From an uncultured Acidobacteriota bacterium (GTDB lineage: Bacteria; Acidobacteriota; Blastocatellia; RBC074), in NCBI GenBank assembly GCA_903862855.1, contig CAIOZW010000017.1:315-64314 (forward strand): 64,000 bases of DNA, in the 5' to 3' direction. The translations under genes were made by a program, and so were the position numbers. Shown here in pieces: positions 1 to 13,170 of the stretch. The notes under the pieces were generated by a model. It saw only the letters and a list, made by a program, of their open reading frames with translations, had not been told where the DNA came from and searched no databases. The stretch's first letter is position 1. Each line of letters begins with the position of its first letter.

Positions 1-2187
1 GAGATGAGGACGACGATCAGGCAGATCGAGAGTCAGAATAAACTCCTCGCGAAGTGAATCGGCGAGCCCATCCGTAGGAAATACCGGGAGCCATGCTCCG
101 CCATCGAGCTGATATTCGGCCCGGCGGATAACCGTCGTCCGATCGGTGGCTGTCGCGCGGATAGTGGCCCGGTTTGAGGCGACACTCTCAACCTTGAGCG
201 ACAAATCCGGAGAGCTGTTGTCGATGGCAACCACCTCGGTCTCGCGGGATCCGGTGAGCGCGAGGGAGACGGGATTGGCAAGGCGATCGCTGACGACGAG
301 TCGAAACTGGTAGCTCTCATCTGGGAGTTCGCGGGAATCGATGGTCAGGTAGTTGTCACGCAACCCGCTGCGAAGGGTGTACCATTCGGACCCGGCCGCC
401 GGGCGGTAGAGGACATTGTACTCGAGCAGGTCGCCATTGCGATCCTCCGCCTGCCATTGCAGGGAGAGGGCTCCCTGCTGAAAGACCCGCCGCGGGGGCA
501 TGGACATGGCATTGGTGACGACCAGAGCCTCATTCTGAAGCGCTGCCGGGATTCCCTCGGTCGATTGCGGAGGGGGAGGCTGGAGGGCGACACCAACCGG
601 CAGTGTCGACAACGAGGTCAGCCGCGGCGCCAGATTGCGCGGCAGGTAGTGGATGGTCACCTCCCGAAGGAACGGCGCGGGGCCATCGGCCTGCCGGCGG
701 AGAGTGGCTCTCCACTGCAGGTAACGGGCGGGTGGACTCTCGAGCCGAACGCTGCGCGGGGTGGTAAGGGGACGGGACCATTCACTCCAGGTCTGGTCGG
801 GATTGGAGGTATTGCCGCTGCGGGTCTGAAACTCGACCCGGCCATCTCCAGTCCAGGACAACTCTCCCCAATTGGCGTGATGGATCGAGTCGAGGACATT
901 GCCGGTGACGACGCCTTCGTCGAGGTTTGCCGGACCAACGGCGAAGAGTTTGCCGAGATTTGACGAGGCGGCATATGTTCTGATCTGGCTCTGGCCGGAG
1001 GTCTGGACGATTCGCGCAACCTGGCCCTCAGGCAGAGTGAGCAGGGTTCCCGCCTCGGGCTGACCGTCGAGACCAAGGGTGAGAATCCTTCCCCTCTCAC
1101 TGCCGGCGTCTCTACGCCCGAGTCCAAGCAGCAGCCGGCCGTCACTCGGTGGCAAAATCGAAAACCCGGCCGCATCGCGAGACTCCCAGATGGTCTGCCA
1201 GGAACCATCTGGAGCGATCCGGTAGAGAAGACTCTTTGCCTGGCCCGTGGAGCTTCCCGATGAGCTACCAGATGAGTTGCCTCCTCCTGGGGCCGTCGCA
1301 TCGACGACCTGCACATCGCTGAGGGTCACGGTAACGCTCCCCTCGAGTGCAGCTGATGAGGAGCCTGACGGTGGCGGGGCGGCCGCCGAGGTGGCAGCTC
1401 CGCTCCCGGCCGAATCGGCCAGGGCGAGGGCAAGAATCATCTCCTCACCACCCGCTCCGGTCACCAGCGCAAGATCGTGAATCTCTCGCTGTTCTGAATC
1501 GAAGAGCGTAAAGACCTTCCCCTCCGGTGAGACTCGAACCACCATTCCCCCCGGATCGGTGCCGAGCAGAATGTTTCCTGCACGGTCGATCCGCATCGAG
1601 GTCAGGTTGGACTGCCCGAGAGTGGCGAGGATCGTCGATCGACCATCCGGATCGACGCGGTAGAGGATCCCCTTCTCCCCCGTCGCGACGAGCAACCGCC
1701 CCTGTGGATCGAAGGCAAGGGCCCAGATATATTTCGATTTTGGTTCAAAGAAGACCCGTGCCTCACCGTTCCGGGTGATCTGATAGACTTTTCCATCAGG
1801 TGAGCTCCCGGCATAGATGAGCCCGCGGGCATCGACGGCCAATGCCATTACGCTCAGTTCCGGCGTCTGGTAGAGCAGTTCACCGCGACCTGCCGGATCG
1901 ACTCGGAAGACTCGCCCTTCGTTCCCTGTTCCGAGATAGATGTTCCCGGTCTGATCGGCAATGGCCGACCAGATGTAGGCCTGCCGGGTATCGAAGACCT
2001 CGCGCACTGCTGGCGCAAGTGTTGCCGCGCCGCGTCCATCGATCGTGATTCCCCGCAGTTCTCCCCGACCGGATTCGCTGAACCGGTCGATCCGCCAGAA
2101 GAGTGGCCCCCCGGCTGTCACTTCGATAATGCCGGTGAGGATGAGGAGGATAACGAGGAGAACGGCAATTGATTTCGATAAGGTCAT
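1..2187 (-). CDS. Secreted beta-propeller repeat protein, 5'-partial in the window. The start codon is at 2187 and the ORF runs off the left edge.
   Basis: Hand translation of the minus strand gives MTLSKSIAVLLVILLILTGIIEVTAGGPLFWRIDRF... A signal peptide is followed by repeated blades (GNIYLGTGNEGRVFRVDPAG, GLIYAGSSPDGKVYQITRNG, GRLLVATGEKGILYRVDPDG, GNILLGTDPGGMVVRVSPEG) typical of NHL/YVTN-type propellers. The frame stays open to position 1, which is why it is absent from the ORF track. Confidence 0.6.
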   Translation of the reverse strand, partial: MTLSKSIAVLLVILLILTGIIEVTAGGPLFWRIDRFSESGRGELRGITIDGRGAATLAPAVREVFDTRQAYIWSAIADQTGNIYLGTGNEGRVFRVDPAGRGELLYQTPELSVMALAVDARGLIYAGSSPDGKVYQITRNGEARVFFEPKSKYIWALAFDPQGRLLVATGEKGILYRVDPDGRSTILATLGQSNLTSMRIDRAGNILLGTDPGGMVVRVSPEGKVFTLFDSEQREIHDLALVTGAGGEEMILALALADSAGSGAATSAAAPPPSGSSSAALEGSVTVTLSDVQVVDATAPGGGNSSGSSSGSSTGQAKSLLYRIAPDGSWQTIWESRDAAGFSILPPSDGRLLLGLGRRDAGSERGRILTLGLDGQPEAGTLLTLPEGQVARIVQTSGQSQIRTYAASSNLGKLFAVGPANLDEGVVTGNVLDSIHHANWGELSWTGDGRVEFQTRSGNTSNPDQTWSEWSRPLTTPRSVRLESPPARYLQWRATLRRQADGPAPFLREVTIHYLPRNLAPRLTSLSTLPVGVALQPPPPQSTEGIPAALQNEALVVTNAMSMPPRRVFQQGALSLQWQAEDRNGDLLEYNVLYRPAAGSEWYTLRSGLRDNYLTIDSRELPDESYQFRLVVSDRLANPVSLALTGSRETEVVAIDNSSPDLSLKVESVASNRATIRATATDRTTVIRRAEYQLDGGAWLPVFPTDGLADSLREEFILTLDLPDRRPHL

Positions 2188-2320
2188 GATTTTCAGTCCG
2201 TAAGAGCCCGGTGGGGTCAAGACGCGCACCCGGCGCCGGTCAATGTTGTGCCGGGGATTAGCCGGGGAGTTGTGCGACAAAGGTTAAATTTGCGTCCGGT
2301 GCCAAAAGTCCCCGTCGGTC

Positions 2321-4144
2321 TCATTCAACGATGTTGATATTGAGCGAGCGCTGCCCGCTGATGACGAGGTCGGCCGGTGGAAGCTCCTTCTCGACGAGAA
2401 TGCGGCTCGAGGTGAGCGTGAACCCTCCCGTGATGCGGTCGGAGCCAAGAGTCGCAAGCACCGATGGTGGCAGACCCGGCATCTCTTCATTGCGAATCAT
2501 CGCCCCGGTTACGCCTTGACTGAGCCGGACATAGAGCCGACCGGCGCGACGGAGCTGGTTGATTCCGCGAACGAGCTGGTCGAGAGACTTGGGTGTAAAG
2601 CCGGTCCGGGGATCGCTCGACTGCATGACCGATCCATCTCCGACAAGAAGCGTCAGCGCCCCGAGTGGAGCGTCAGTCGGAATGGTGACCTGAAACCGCT
2701 CCAGATGCTCACGCCCCCCCTCGCTGCGCGCAAAGGCCTGGATCTCGACCGTCTCGCCCCGCCGGAGCTCGGTTCGACCAATCCAGAGTCGGTCAAGCTG
2801 TCCGGTCTGCCGCAGATCCCGGGAGACGATATCGTAACTGATCTTTTCCACGTCGAGCCCGGTAAATCCGCTTCCCATGATCGTACTGACCGGCTGGGTT
2901 GCGGCAATCGCCGCCGAGATTGGTGCGTTGAGTGATACGGAGATCCGATTCTCAGTCCGGATCGGCTCCTGATTGCGGAGTCGGATCGTGCCATTGATCA
3001 GGAGGGTCGAGTCACCGATGATTCGCTCCGTCGATGAGATGGTCGAAATGAGTGTCATCTGCATGAGTACCGGAGTGAGGAACCGGTCGGCGATGACATC
3101 GAAAGTGAAACGGCGTCGTTCACCGCGACTGGTCACGAGGTTGATCTCGATCGGGATCATCCGTGGGGCCGCCCCAAGTTCACCATATATCCCGGTCGAG
3201 CGGTCTCCGCGGACGACACCGACCATCCCGGTCGGGTAACTGAGCTTGAATGAGCTGGCCGTCGAGGAGAGGACCGTCACGACCTCACCTTCGTGCATTG
3301 GAAAATCGGAGAGACCGAGTGAGAGGAACGGATGGCCAAAGGCATAGATCCGCTGCCCGTCCCGCCAGGTTACCGTCCCGGCTGCCGAGACCGAGTAGTC
3401 GCCACGAATCAGTGGAACGACCACGGTCGAACCAGGCTTGAGCGTCTCGTTATCGATCCTCTTCAGTTCACTCACCGGAGCCGCCCCGGCGATGCCGGCC
3501 ACCGGGTTGAGACCATTGGCCCGGAAGAATGGCGCAAACCGCTCGAGGATCTCCGGGGCAATTCCCGAGACGGCCAGCGGCGTCGAGATCGGCACCAGAT
3601 TCGGACCGGCATTGACCGACGGCGTGCCCGCAAATCCCTGCAGATCGAGCTTATCGCTGACGGCGAGAAGTTTCGCGAATTCGATTCGAGAGGGGTGTGA
3701 ATCATCGAGTGAGGTCGAGCGCTCGGACGACTTGCGTCCCGTCTCGAAGAGGTCGATCATCTGCTGGATCGGCGTAATCCCGGCAATCGGGTCCTTCGCA
3801 AACTGGTATCCGAAGGCAACCGCCCCGACAAGGCGATTGTTGACAAAGACCGGACTTCCGCTCATCCCCTGAAAGACACCGACATGGTTCATCCGCTCAC
3901 CGACCAGCCGACTCAGTACCGCCGACTGCCCCGGGTTCGGGAAGCCCTTCAGAACACCGAGAATCTCCAGCTCGAAGGGCTCCGGTTCATGGCCGACAAA
4001 GACCGTGTAACCGATCGCCTTCATCCCCGGCCGGAGGTCTTCAATCGGAAAGAACTTTTCCGACTGTCGCCCCTGGGTAGTCTGCCCGAGGACTCCGGCA
4101 GCAAGCAGCCCGGCCACGAAGAGCAGGAATGTCAGACGTTTCAT
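2321..4144 (-). CDS. Secreted trypsin-like serine peptidase, S55/SpoIVB-like
   Basis: 612-aa ORF. The likely true start is MKRLTFLLFVAGLLAAG (signal peptide). The GMSGSPVFVNNRLVGAVAFG motif matches the catalytic serine region of S55 peptidases. Confidence 0.5.
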   Translation of the reverse strand: MKRLTFLLFVAGLLAAGVLGQTTQGRQSEKFFPIEDLRPGMKAIGYTVFVGHEPEPFELEILGVLKGFPNPGQSAVLSRLVGERMNHVGVFQGMSGSPVFVNNRLVGAVAFGYQFAKDPIAGITPIQQMIDLFETGRKSSERSTSLDDSHPSRIEFAKLLAVSDKLDLQGFAGTPSVNAGPNLVPISTPLAVSGIAPEILERFAPFFRANGLNPVAGIAGAAPVSELKRIDNETLKPGSTVVVPLIRGDYSVSAAGTVTWRDGQRIYAFGHPFLSLGLSDFPMHEGEVVTVLSSTASSFKLSYPTGMVGVVRGDRSTGIYGELGAAPRMIPIEINLVTSRGERRRFTFDVIADRFLTPVLMQMTLISTISSTERIIGDSTLLINGTIRLRNQEPIRTENRISVSLNAPISAAIAATQPVSTIMGSGFTGLDVEKISYDIVSRDLRQTGQLDRLWIGRTELRRGETVEIQAFARSEGGREHLERFQVTIPTDAPLGALTLLVGDGSVMQSSDPRTGFTPKSLDQLVRGINQLRRAGRLYVRLSQGVTGAMIRNEEMPGLPPSVLATLGSDRITGGFTLTSSRILVEKELPPADLVISGQRSLNINIVE

Positions 4145-4172
4145 TGTTGAGCACCTCACGCTGAATTATGAT

Positions 4173-4883
4173 TTGAAGAAGGAATATAGCATGAAAAAGG
4201 AAGAAAGGGGTGGCGAGGGGATGGATCGAGTAATCGGCCGTGAGGTGACTCCGGTCACCATTCTTGCCGGTGGCCGAAGCCGGCGAATGGGTGTCGACAA
4301 GGCTTTCGTCGAGTTCCAGGGGCAGCCGCTCATCCGGCGGATGATCGATCTCTCCAGATCCTTCTCTGCAGAGGTCTCACTGATTCTCCACCCCGATCAG
4401 ATCACCAGTCAGCCTTACCGGAGTCTGGCGGTGCAGTTCGGGCTCGACCTGATTGCCGATGATTACGATCATCACGGGCCCCTTGGCGGCCTGGCGACCG
4501 CCCTCCGTTATCATTACAAATTGACGGACAAATTGACGGCCAATCCGGCTGCCACTCCTCCGGCGATCCTGCTCCTCCCTTGCGATATGCCCTTTTTGAC
4601 TCTCAGGCTGCTCGAACAGCTTCTCCGTGACCACACCGAGACTGGCGCAGAGGCGACGATTGTCAACCATCAGAACAGATTTCGTCAGCCACTGCCGGGA
4701 GCCTACTCGACATCGATCCTCCCGGTAGTAACCCGACAGATCGAGTCGGGTCAGCTCAAATTCGATCATATTTTCTCGCAGATCCGGACAACTCTGATCA
4801 CCTTTGAGGATCCTGACAACCCGCATCTCTTTGCCAATCTCAATAATCCGGCGGAACTCGAAGCCGCGCAACTGCTGAGTTGA
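4173..4883 (+). CDS. mobA: Molybdenum cofactor guanylyltransferase MobA. The true start is probably the internal ATG near 4221.
   Basis: VTILAGGRSRRMGVDKAFVEF...GPLGGLATAL...LLLPCDMPFL are canonical MobA-like NTP-transferase motifs. Confidence 0.65.
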   Translation: MKKEYSMKKEERGGEGMDRVIGREVTPVTILAGGRSRRMGVDKAFVEFQGQPLIRRMIDLSRSFSAEVSLILHPDQITSQPYRSLAVQFGLDLIADDYDHHGPLGGLATALRYHYKLTDKLTANPAATPPAILLLPCDMPFLTLRLLEQLLRDHTETGAEATIVNHQNRFRQPLPGAYSTSILPVVTRQIESGQLKFDHIFSQIRTTLITFEDPDNPHLFANLNNPAELEAAQLLS

Positions 4884-4972
4884 ACGGCCGTTTGCGTGCC
4901 TCAAGTCTCTCGGCTATGATAACTGTTTATTCAGATCCGCATGACTACAGCATGATCTTTCTGACAGAATCT

Positions 4973-5000
4973 GATCTCATTGAATCGTTGATCTTATTGA
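4973..5000 (+). promoter_or_regulatory. 12-bp direct repeat TGATCT(C/T)ATTGA x2, 19-30 bp upstream of the uvrA start
   Basis: tgatctcattga (4973-4984) and tgatcttattga (4989-5000) are separated by atcgt. The region is AT-rich and intergenic. Confidence 0.35.
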
Positions 5001-5018
5001 TTTTGTGACACTGAAGAT

Positions 5019-7858
<2,840 letters not shown>

Positions 7859-7862
<4 letters not shown>

Positions 7863-8635
7863 AGATCTCGGCCTCGATCATCGTCCGCAATGAAGAGGAG
7901 AATATCGCCGCCCTCTGCGAAACGCTCGACTGGGCGGATGAGATCGTCATCGTCGACTCCGACTCGACCGATCGAACCGTCGAGATCGCCCGCCGCTACA
8001 CCGACCGGATCTTCAACCGCCCCTTCCAGGGCTACCGTGACAAGCACGAATATGCAGATTCGATGACGACCGGCGACTGGATCTTCTGGATCGATGCCGA
8101 TGAACGTGTCACACCGGAGCTGCGCGGGGCGATTGCCGAACTGCGACTGCGGCCATCCGGTACCCTCCCGGATGGCTTTCGGATCGCCCGTCGCACCCTC
8201 TACCAGGGGCGCTGGATCGCCCACTCCGGCTGGTACCCCGATTATCAGATGCGCCTCTACCGCAAGGAGGCCAGCTACTGGGATGGCGTCGCACCACACG
8301 AGACGGCACGGGTCAATGGGCGACTCGGGAGACTGGATGGAGAGCTGCTCCATTACACCAAACGCGATCTGAGTGAACATCACCTGGTGCTCGACTCCTA
8401 CACCACTCTCGCCGCTGGCTACCTCTTCAATAACGGCCGTCGCACCAGAACTCTCGATCTTCTCGTCCTGCCCATTGCCGCCTTCATCCGCACCTGGATC
8501 ATCAAACAAGGATTCAGGGATGGCATTCCCGGATTGATCATAGCCATGTTCACCGCTTACAGTGTCTTCCTCAAATATGCCAAGGTCTGGGAGCTCGGGC
8601 GGAAAAGAGCAGAAACGGAGGGATTCAAGCAATGA
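7859..8635 (+). CDS. Family 2 glycosyltransferase (LPS-core-type GT2)
   Basis: [35 protein letters not shown]...[11 protein letters not shown] is a GT-A fold with a DxD motif. The start overlaps the uvrA stop (ATGA). Confidence 0.8.
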
Positions 8636-9411
8636 AGACGGTCATCCTCTGCGGCGGACGCGGAACAAGACTTGGTGAACATGGAGTCTCAGTCCCGAAA
8701 GGACTAATCGAGATCGGAGGACGACCGATCCTCTGGCATCTTCTCAAACTCTATGCTCATCACGACCTGCGCGACTTTGTCCTCTGTCTCGGCTATCTCG
8801 GTGACAGCATCCGGCGCTACTTTCTTGAACACCGCTGGCTCTCGAGCGATTTTACGCTCGAGACAACTTCGGAGGGCCAGCCTCGACTCACTGAACACCA
8901 GCGTCCATCCGACTGCTGGTCGATCACCTTTGCCGGAACCGGGCTCGACACCAACACCGGCGGTCGCATCCTCAAGGTTGCTCCCTATCTCGATGGTGAA
9001 GAGACCTTCTGCGCCACCTACGGCGATGGACTCGCCGACATCGATCTGCGTCGCCTGCTCCAATTCCACCACGCCCATGGCCGGGTTGCCACTCTCTGTG
9101 CTGTCCGGCCTCACTCCAACTTCGGTATCATCCGGCTCGACTCAGACGGTCTGGTCCGTGAGTTTGAGGAGAAACCGGTCATGAACGACTGGATCAACGG
9201 TGGTTTCTTTGTCTTCAACCGGCGGGTCCTCGAGTACCTTACCCCCGACGCGATCCTCGAACGTGAACCACTCCGCCGACTCGCAGCCGAGGGCCAGCTC
9301 GTCGCCTACCGCCACGACGGGTTCTGGAAATGCATGGACACTTATAAGGACAATCTTGAATTCAACCAGCTCTGGGAGTCCCAGCGCGCCCCCTGGAAAC
9401 TCTGGGAATAG
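8632..9411 (+). CDS. rfbF: Glucose-1-phosphate cytidylyltransferase
   Basis: [45 protein letters not shown] is the canonical RfbF N-terminus. The start overlaps the preceding stop. Confidence 0.8.
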   Translation: MKTVILCGGRGTRLGEHGVSVPKGLIEIGGRPILWHLLKLYAHHDLRDFVLCLGYLGDSIRRYFLEHRWLSSDFTLETTSEGQPRLTEHQRPSDCWSITFAGTGLDTNTGGRILKVAPYLDGEETFCATYGDGLADIDLRRLLQFHHAHGRVATLCAVRPHSNFGIIRLDSDGLVREFEEKPVMNDWINGGFFVFNRRVLEYLTPDAILEREPLRRLAAEGQLVAYRHDGFWKCMDTYKDNLEFNQLWESQRAPWKLWE

Positions 9412-9434
9412 CCCCGAAGGAGATCTCATCCGCC

Positions 9435-10418
9435 ATGACCAGCTTTTGGAAGAATCGCACCGCTTTCGTCACCGGAGCTGCCGGTTTTGTCGGGGCCCAC
9501 GTCACCCGGATGCTGGTCGAGCAGGGGGCAACGGTCGTCTGTCTCCAGCGTGACGCCATCCGTATCAACCCTCTCGACCTCTTCGACCTCCGCTCCCGGA
9601 TCACGACCGTCACTGGCTCGATCGAGGACCTCCCGCTCATGCAGCGTATTCTCAACGAGTACGAGATCGAAGCGGTCTTCCATCTGGCGGCACAGGCGAT
9701 CGTCGGGGTAGCCAACCGCTCCCCCATCTCGACTTTTGAGACAAACATCCGCGGAACCTACATGCTGCTCGAGGCATGCCGGCTCGTTCCGACGGTCAAA
9801 CGCGTCGTCGTCGCCTCCAGCGACAAGGCCTATGGCAGCCACCAGGAACTTCCCTACACCGAAGAGCACCCGCTTCACGGACTTTATCCTTACGACGCCT
9901 CCAAGGCCTGCACCGATATCATCGCCCGCTCTTTCGCCCTCTCCTACCAACTTCCGGTCGCAGTCTCGCGCTTTGCCAATATCTATGGCCCCGGTGACCT
10001 CAACCTCTCGCGCATCGTTCCAGGGACCCTTCTCTCCCTCCTGCGCGGTGAGGCTCCAATTATCCGCAGTGACGGGACTCCGATTCGCGAATTTGTCCAC
10101 GTCGAGGACGTCGCCCGTGGTTACCTTCTCCTTGCCGAACAGATCGACCAGACCCGCGGCGAGGCCTTCAACTTCGGGGCCGACTCTCCCATCTCCATCC
10201 TCGACTTTGTCAATCTCATGATCCGTGTCGCCGGTCTCGAGGGTCGCATCTCCCCTCAGATCCTTCTCAAAGAGAAGATCGATCGTGAAATCGATGCCCA
10301 GTACCTCTCTGCTCACAAGGCCTCCGCGCGACTCGGGTGGAACGAAGCGATCTCTCTCGAAGCCGGTCTCCGCCTTACGCTCGACTGGTATCGTGACAAT
10401 CTTGACAGACTTGGTTGA
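9435..10418 (+). CDS. rfbG: CDP-glucose 4,6-dehydratase (short-chain dehydratase/epimerase family)
   Basis: [21 protein letters not shown] and [36 protein letters not shown] align with the Yersinia DdhB/RfbG N-terminal and core motifs. The gene sits directly after rfbF. Confidence 0.75.
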   Translation: MTSFWKNRTAFVTGAAGFVGAHVTRMLVEQGATVVCLQRDAIRINPLDLFDLRSRITTVTGSIEDLPLMQRILNEYEIEAVFHLAAQAIVGVANRSPISTFETNIRGTYMLLEACRLVPTVKRVVVASSDKAYGSHQELPYTEEHPLHGLYPYDASKACTDIIARSFALSYQLPVAVSRFANIYGPGDLNLSRIVPGTLLSLLRGEAPIIRSDGTPIREFVHVEDVARGYLLLAEQIDQTRGEAFNFGADSPISILDFVNLMIRVAGLEGRISPQILLKEKIDREIDAQYLSAHKASARLGWNEAISLEAGLRLTLDWYRDNLDRLG

Positions 10419-10901
10419 GCAACTTTGTCAACTTTAATCTGGTGGAATGCTACTATCTCTAATGTTTGCAATGACTTCAGATGAGTAGCCAAAATGTATG
10501 ACACGGAAACGTAACATAATTGCAACCGATACGACACATATCTGAACTAGCTTGATTTTGACTCTGGAATGATTATACCCCGCCAGATTTGCCGGTTGTC
10601 CTGGGAGTCTGCAACATAATTACTGGCAAGTCTCTGGATTAATTCAGATATCAAAGGACAGAACTGTCTAAATTTCCGTCATTCAGCGTAGCCTTCACAC
10701 AGGCGTCAGCTCACAGGTATTATCCCACTGTAATCATGTTGATGACGGAACAGTCCGGTCGTAAAAGTAACTGTCCGGACTTCATCGCCCCGCAGATGCT
10801 CCCGGCAGGCCCTGATAGTGGGTGGGGGTCTGGTGCTTGTCAGCAGGATGAGAGATCGAAGGGGCCACGGACGATGCGACCTATCGTAATGATTGGTCGA
10901 T

Positions 10902-10925
10902 CGGCCAATGGCCGACCATTGGCCG
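10902..10925. promoter_or_regulatory. Perfect 10-bp inverted repeat CGGCCAATGG-ccga-CCATTGGCCG
   Basis: Read directly from the sequence, inside an AT-richer 710-bp non-coding stretch between rfbG and the orphan secreted gene. Confidence 0.4.
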
Positions 10926-11128
10926 TCTGGTTGACAAGTTAATCAAGCAATGGTGAGACTGTCCGCCAGATCGCAGCCTGACAAGCTGAAGAGAGAGTCA
11001 GGTCTGATCCTGAAGAGTCATCTTCAAGCAGGCGAACCGGCAAGAGAGGATTCTCGCCAAACTCTGTGAAGTACGAGGAATTCCAGTAGAGTGGAGTTCC
11101 AATAAAATGGATCAAGGAGAACATATCA

Positions 11129-11827
11129 ATGAGAAGAACCAAGAGCCAAGTCCTCATCCTGATGCTATTTGCCCTGATGGTCGGCTTTAACCAATCAGCC
11201 CACGCCCAGGGAACATATGACCCGGCTGACAAGACATACATCATTGGTGATGGTCAGATGAAGATTGAGATGAGCCAGGCTTTCTGGAAGCAGGTCTTCA
11301 TCAATAACAGCATCAATCTGGGCAGTATTGGATCGGCGAGCCTGAGGAGCCAGTCCTGGCGGTTCCCGATTGTCGCAGGGGCCATTGACCGGGTCCAGGT
11401 AATTGGAGAGATCAACACCGCGGGAGGGCTCTTTCTGCAGAAGGAGATTCCCGGAGTGGGGACGATCCGCGTCACCGTCGTCAGCTTGTCGATCGACCTG
11501 ACCGAGTCACCGGCGGTTCTGACCGGACTGATGATCTTCAGCGACAACTACCAGACAACAAACACGGGCAGCAGTTTCAGCCGACTCAAAATTGCCAACC
11601 TGACCCTGCCCCCATCCATGGCGCCGCCGATCAAGGAAGAGGCATTCAAGACGATCTACAAACAGGATATCGTCGCCTCCATGCACCCTGATATGGCGGG
11701 GTTCCTCAATCTCGTCTTCAACACGACCAATTTCTCCGAAGGGAACAGCATCGGATCGATCTCCTTCTTCCTCGTCGGAGTTCCGTCGCGTGAGCACGTC
11801 GTGGAAGACTTCATCTTCCGATACTGA
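11129..11827 (+). CDS. Hypothetical secreted protein (signal peptide), lower GC than its neighbours
   Basis: MRRTKSQVLILMLFALMVGFNQSAHAQ is a signal peptide. I recognise no family motif. Codon composition is visibly AT-richer than the flanking genes. A terminator follows the gene. Confidence 0.5.
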   Translation: MRRTKSQVLILMLFALMVGFNQSAHAQGTYDPADKTYIIGDGQMKIEMSQAFWKQVFINNSINLGSIGSASLRSQSWRFPIVAGAIDRVQVIGEINTAGGLFLQKEIPGVGTIRVTVVSLSIDLTESPAVLTGLMIFSDNYQTTNTGSSFSRLKIANLTLPPSMAPPIKEEAFKTIYKQDIVASMHPDMAGFLNLVFNTTNFSEGNSIGSISFFLVGVPSREHVVEDFIFRY

Positions 11828-11926
11828 GTCGGATGAGGAACGACGGAGTCGATGACGGATGGGAGTAGCATCTCCCCCCTGTCGCGGCGCACCGTTACCG
11901 ATGGTTGACAGGATATGTTCGGACTG

Positions 11927-11968
11927 ACCACCGGATCAAAAGATCCGGTGGTTGGGGTGTTTATTGTC
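11927..11968 (+). terminator. Rho-independent terminator
   Basis: gaccaccggatc-aaaa-gatccggtggt forms an 11-bp stem and is followed by tggggtgtttattgt. Confidence 0.5.
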
Positions 11969-12186
11969 TCATTCCCTGCTCAAGAGCAGAGCGGGATGCA
12001 AGTTCTCTCTTTCACGTTCCATTTTCGATTGACGAACAGGCGGAATGGCTCCATCATCTGGACGCAATGGTCCAGTAGGGATCATCCCGCCTGTTTTTCG
12101 TTGTTTTGATTATTTGCAGGTATACCCTAATTTCTGAAAAATGTGATTCTGGCTCACCCTAGGGAGAGCAAACTGGAGGTGCAGCC

Positions 12187-13158
12187 GTGAAGAGGAGGCA
12201 TATGAAGCAGACAAGACGAGAGATGCTGCAGCAGGCGCTCGGGGCCGGAATGATGAGTGCCCTTCCCCTGGAGGGAGTGATGAGAGGGGCGGAGTTGTCC
12301 AGTCCCCCGGCAGCAGGTTCAGGCTCAAAGCCACCGATCAGGATCGGTGTGTCGACCTACTCATACTGGCATTTTGACAAGGTCAAGTATCCGATCGAGA
12401 AGGTGATCGAGAATGCCGCCAGGCTTGGGTTTGACGGTGTCGAGATCCTGCACCGCCAGATGGAGAATGAAGATCGAAAGTATGTCAACAATCTGAAACG
12501 CCTCGCCTTCTCGCTGGGCCTCGATCTCTTCTTTCTCTCAATTCATCAGAACTTTGTCTGGCCCGATGCGGCAAAGCGGAAGGAGCATATCGATCATACG
12601 AAGCGCTGTATCGACCTTGCGGTACAACTTGGCTGTCCGGCGATCCGCCTCAATTCCGGTCGGTGGGGAACGATTCCCGATTTCCAGAAGATGCTCGATG
12701 CGGGAGGCAAGGAGGAGCCGCTTCCCGGCTACAAGGATGATGATGCCTTCAACTGGTGCATCGATTCGATCAACCAGTGCCTGCCGCACGCCGAGCAGGC
12801 TGGGGTAGTCCTGGCACTGGAGAACCACTGGGGGCTGACGACCCAGGTTGATGGACTGCTCAGAATCTACAAGGGAGTCAACTCGCCGTGGCTCTCGATC
12901 AATCTCGATACCGGCAACTTTGTCGGTGATCCATATTCACAACTCGAGCAGCTCGCGCCACACGCGATGGTGGTTCAGGCAAAGACCTATTATGGTGGAG
13001 GCCACTACTACACGCGCGATCTCGACTACAAGAAGATCGCGGGAATCCTGCGTAATGCCAACTTCAAGGGATATGTCTCCCTGGAGATGGAGGGCAAAGA
13101 GGCCGCCGATCTGGCCGTGCCGAAGAGCCTTGAGGTCCTGCGAAAGGCCTTCGCCTAG
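12187..13158 (+). CDS. Sugar phosphate isomerase/epimerase, xylose-isomerase-like TIM barrel, with a Tat signal
   Basis: [12 protein letters not shown] is a twin-arginine motif. [11 protein letters not shown]...LGFDGVEIL...LALENHWG are the TIM-barrel AP-endonuclease/XylA-like signatures. Confidence 0.75.
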   Translation: MKRRHMKQTRREMLQQALGAGMMSALPLEGVMRGAELSSPPAAGSGSKPPIRIGVSTYSYWHFDKVKYPIEKVIENAARLGFDGVEILHRQMENEDRKYVNNLKRLAFSLGLDLFFLSIHQNFVWPDAAKRKEHIDHTKRCIDLAVQLGCPAIRLNSGRWGTIPDFQKMLDAGGKEEPLPGYKDDDAFNWCIDSINQCLPHAEQAGVVLALENHWGLTTQVDGLLRIYKGVNSPWLSINLDTGNFVGDPYSQLEQLAPHAMVVQAKTYYGGGHYYTRDLDYKKIAGILRNANFKGYVSLEMEGKEAADLAVPKSLEVLRKAFA

Positions 13159-13170
13159 CGATCTGGCCGG

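Noticed and set aside
657-1316. 219-aa minus-strand ORF from the track
   Set aside because: It is in a different frame from the continuous beta-propeller ORF, which spans the whole 1-2187 region and has a signal peptide and regular blade repeats. The track omitted the real gene because it runs off the window edge.
9426-10316. 296-aa minus-strand ORF
   Set aside because: It is antisense to rfbG, which aligns well to CDP-glucose 4,6-dehydratase. It is a shadow ORF.
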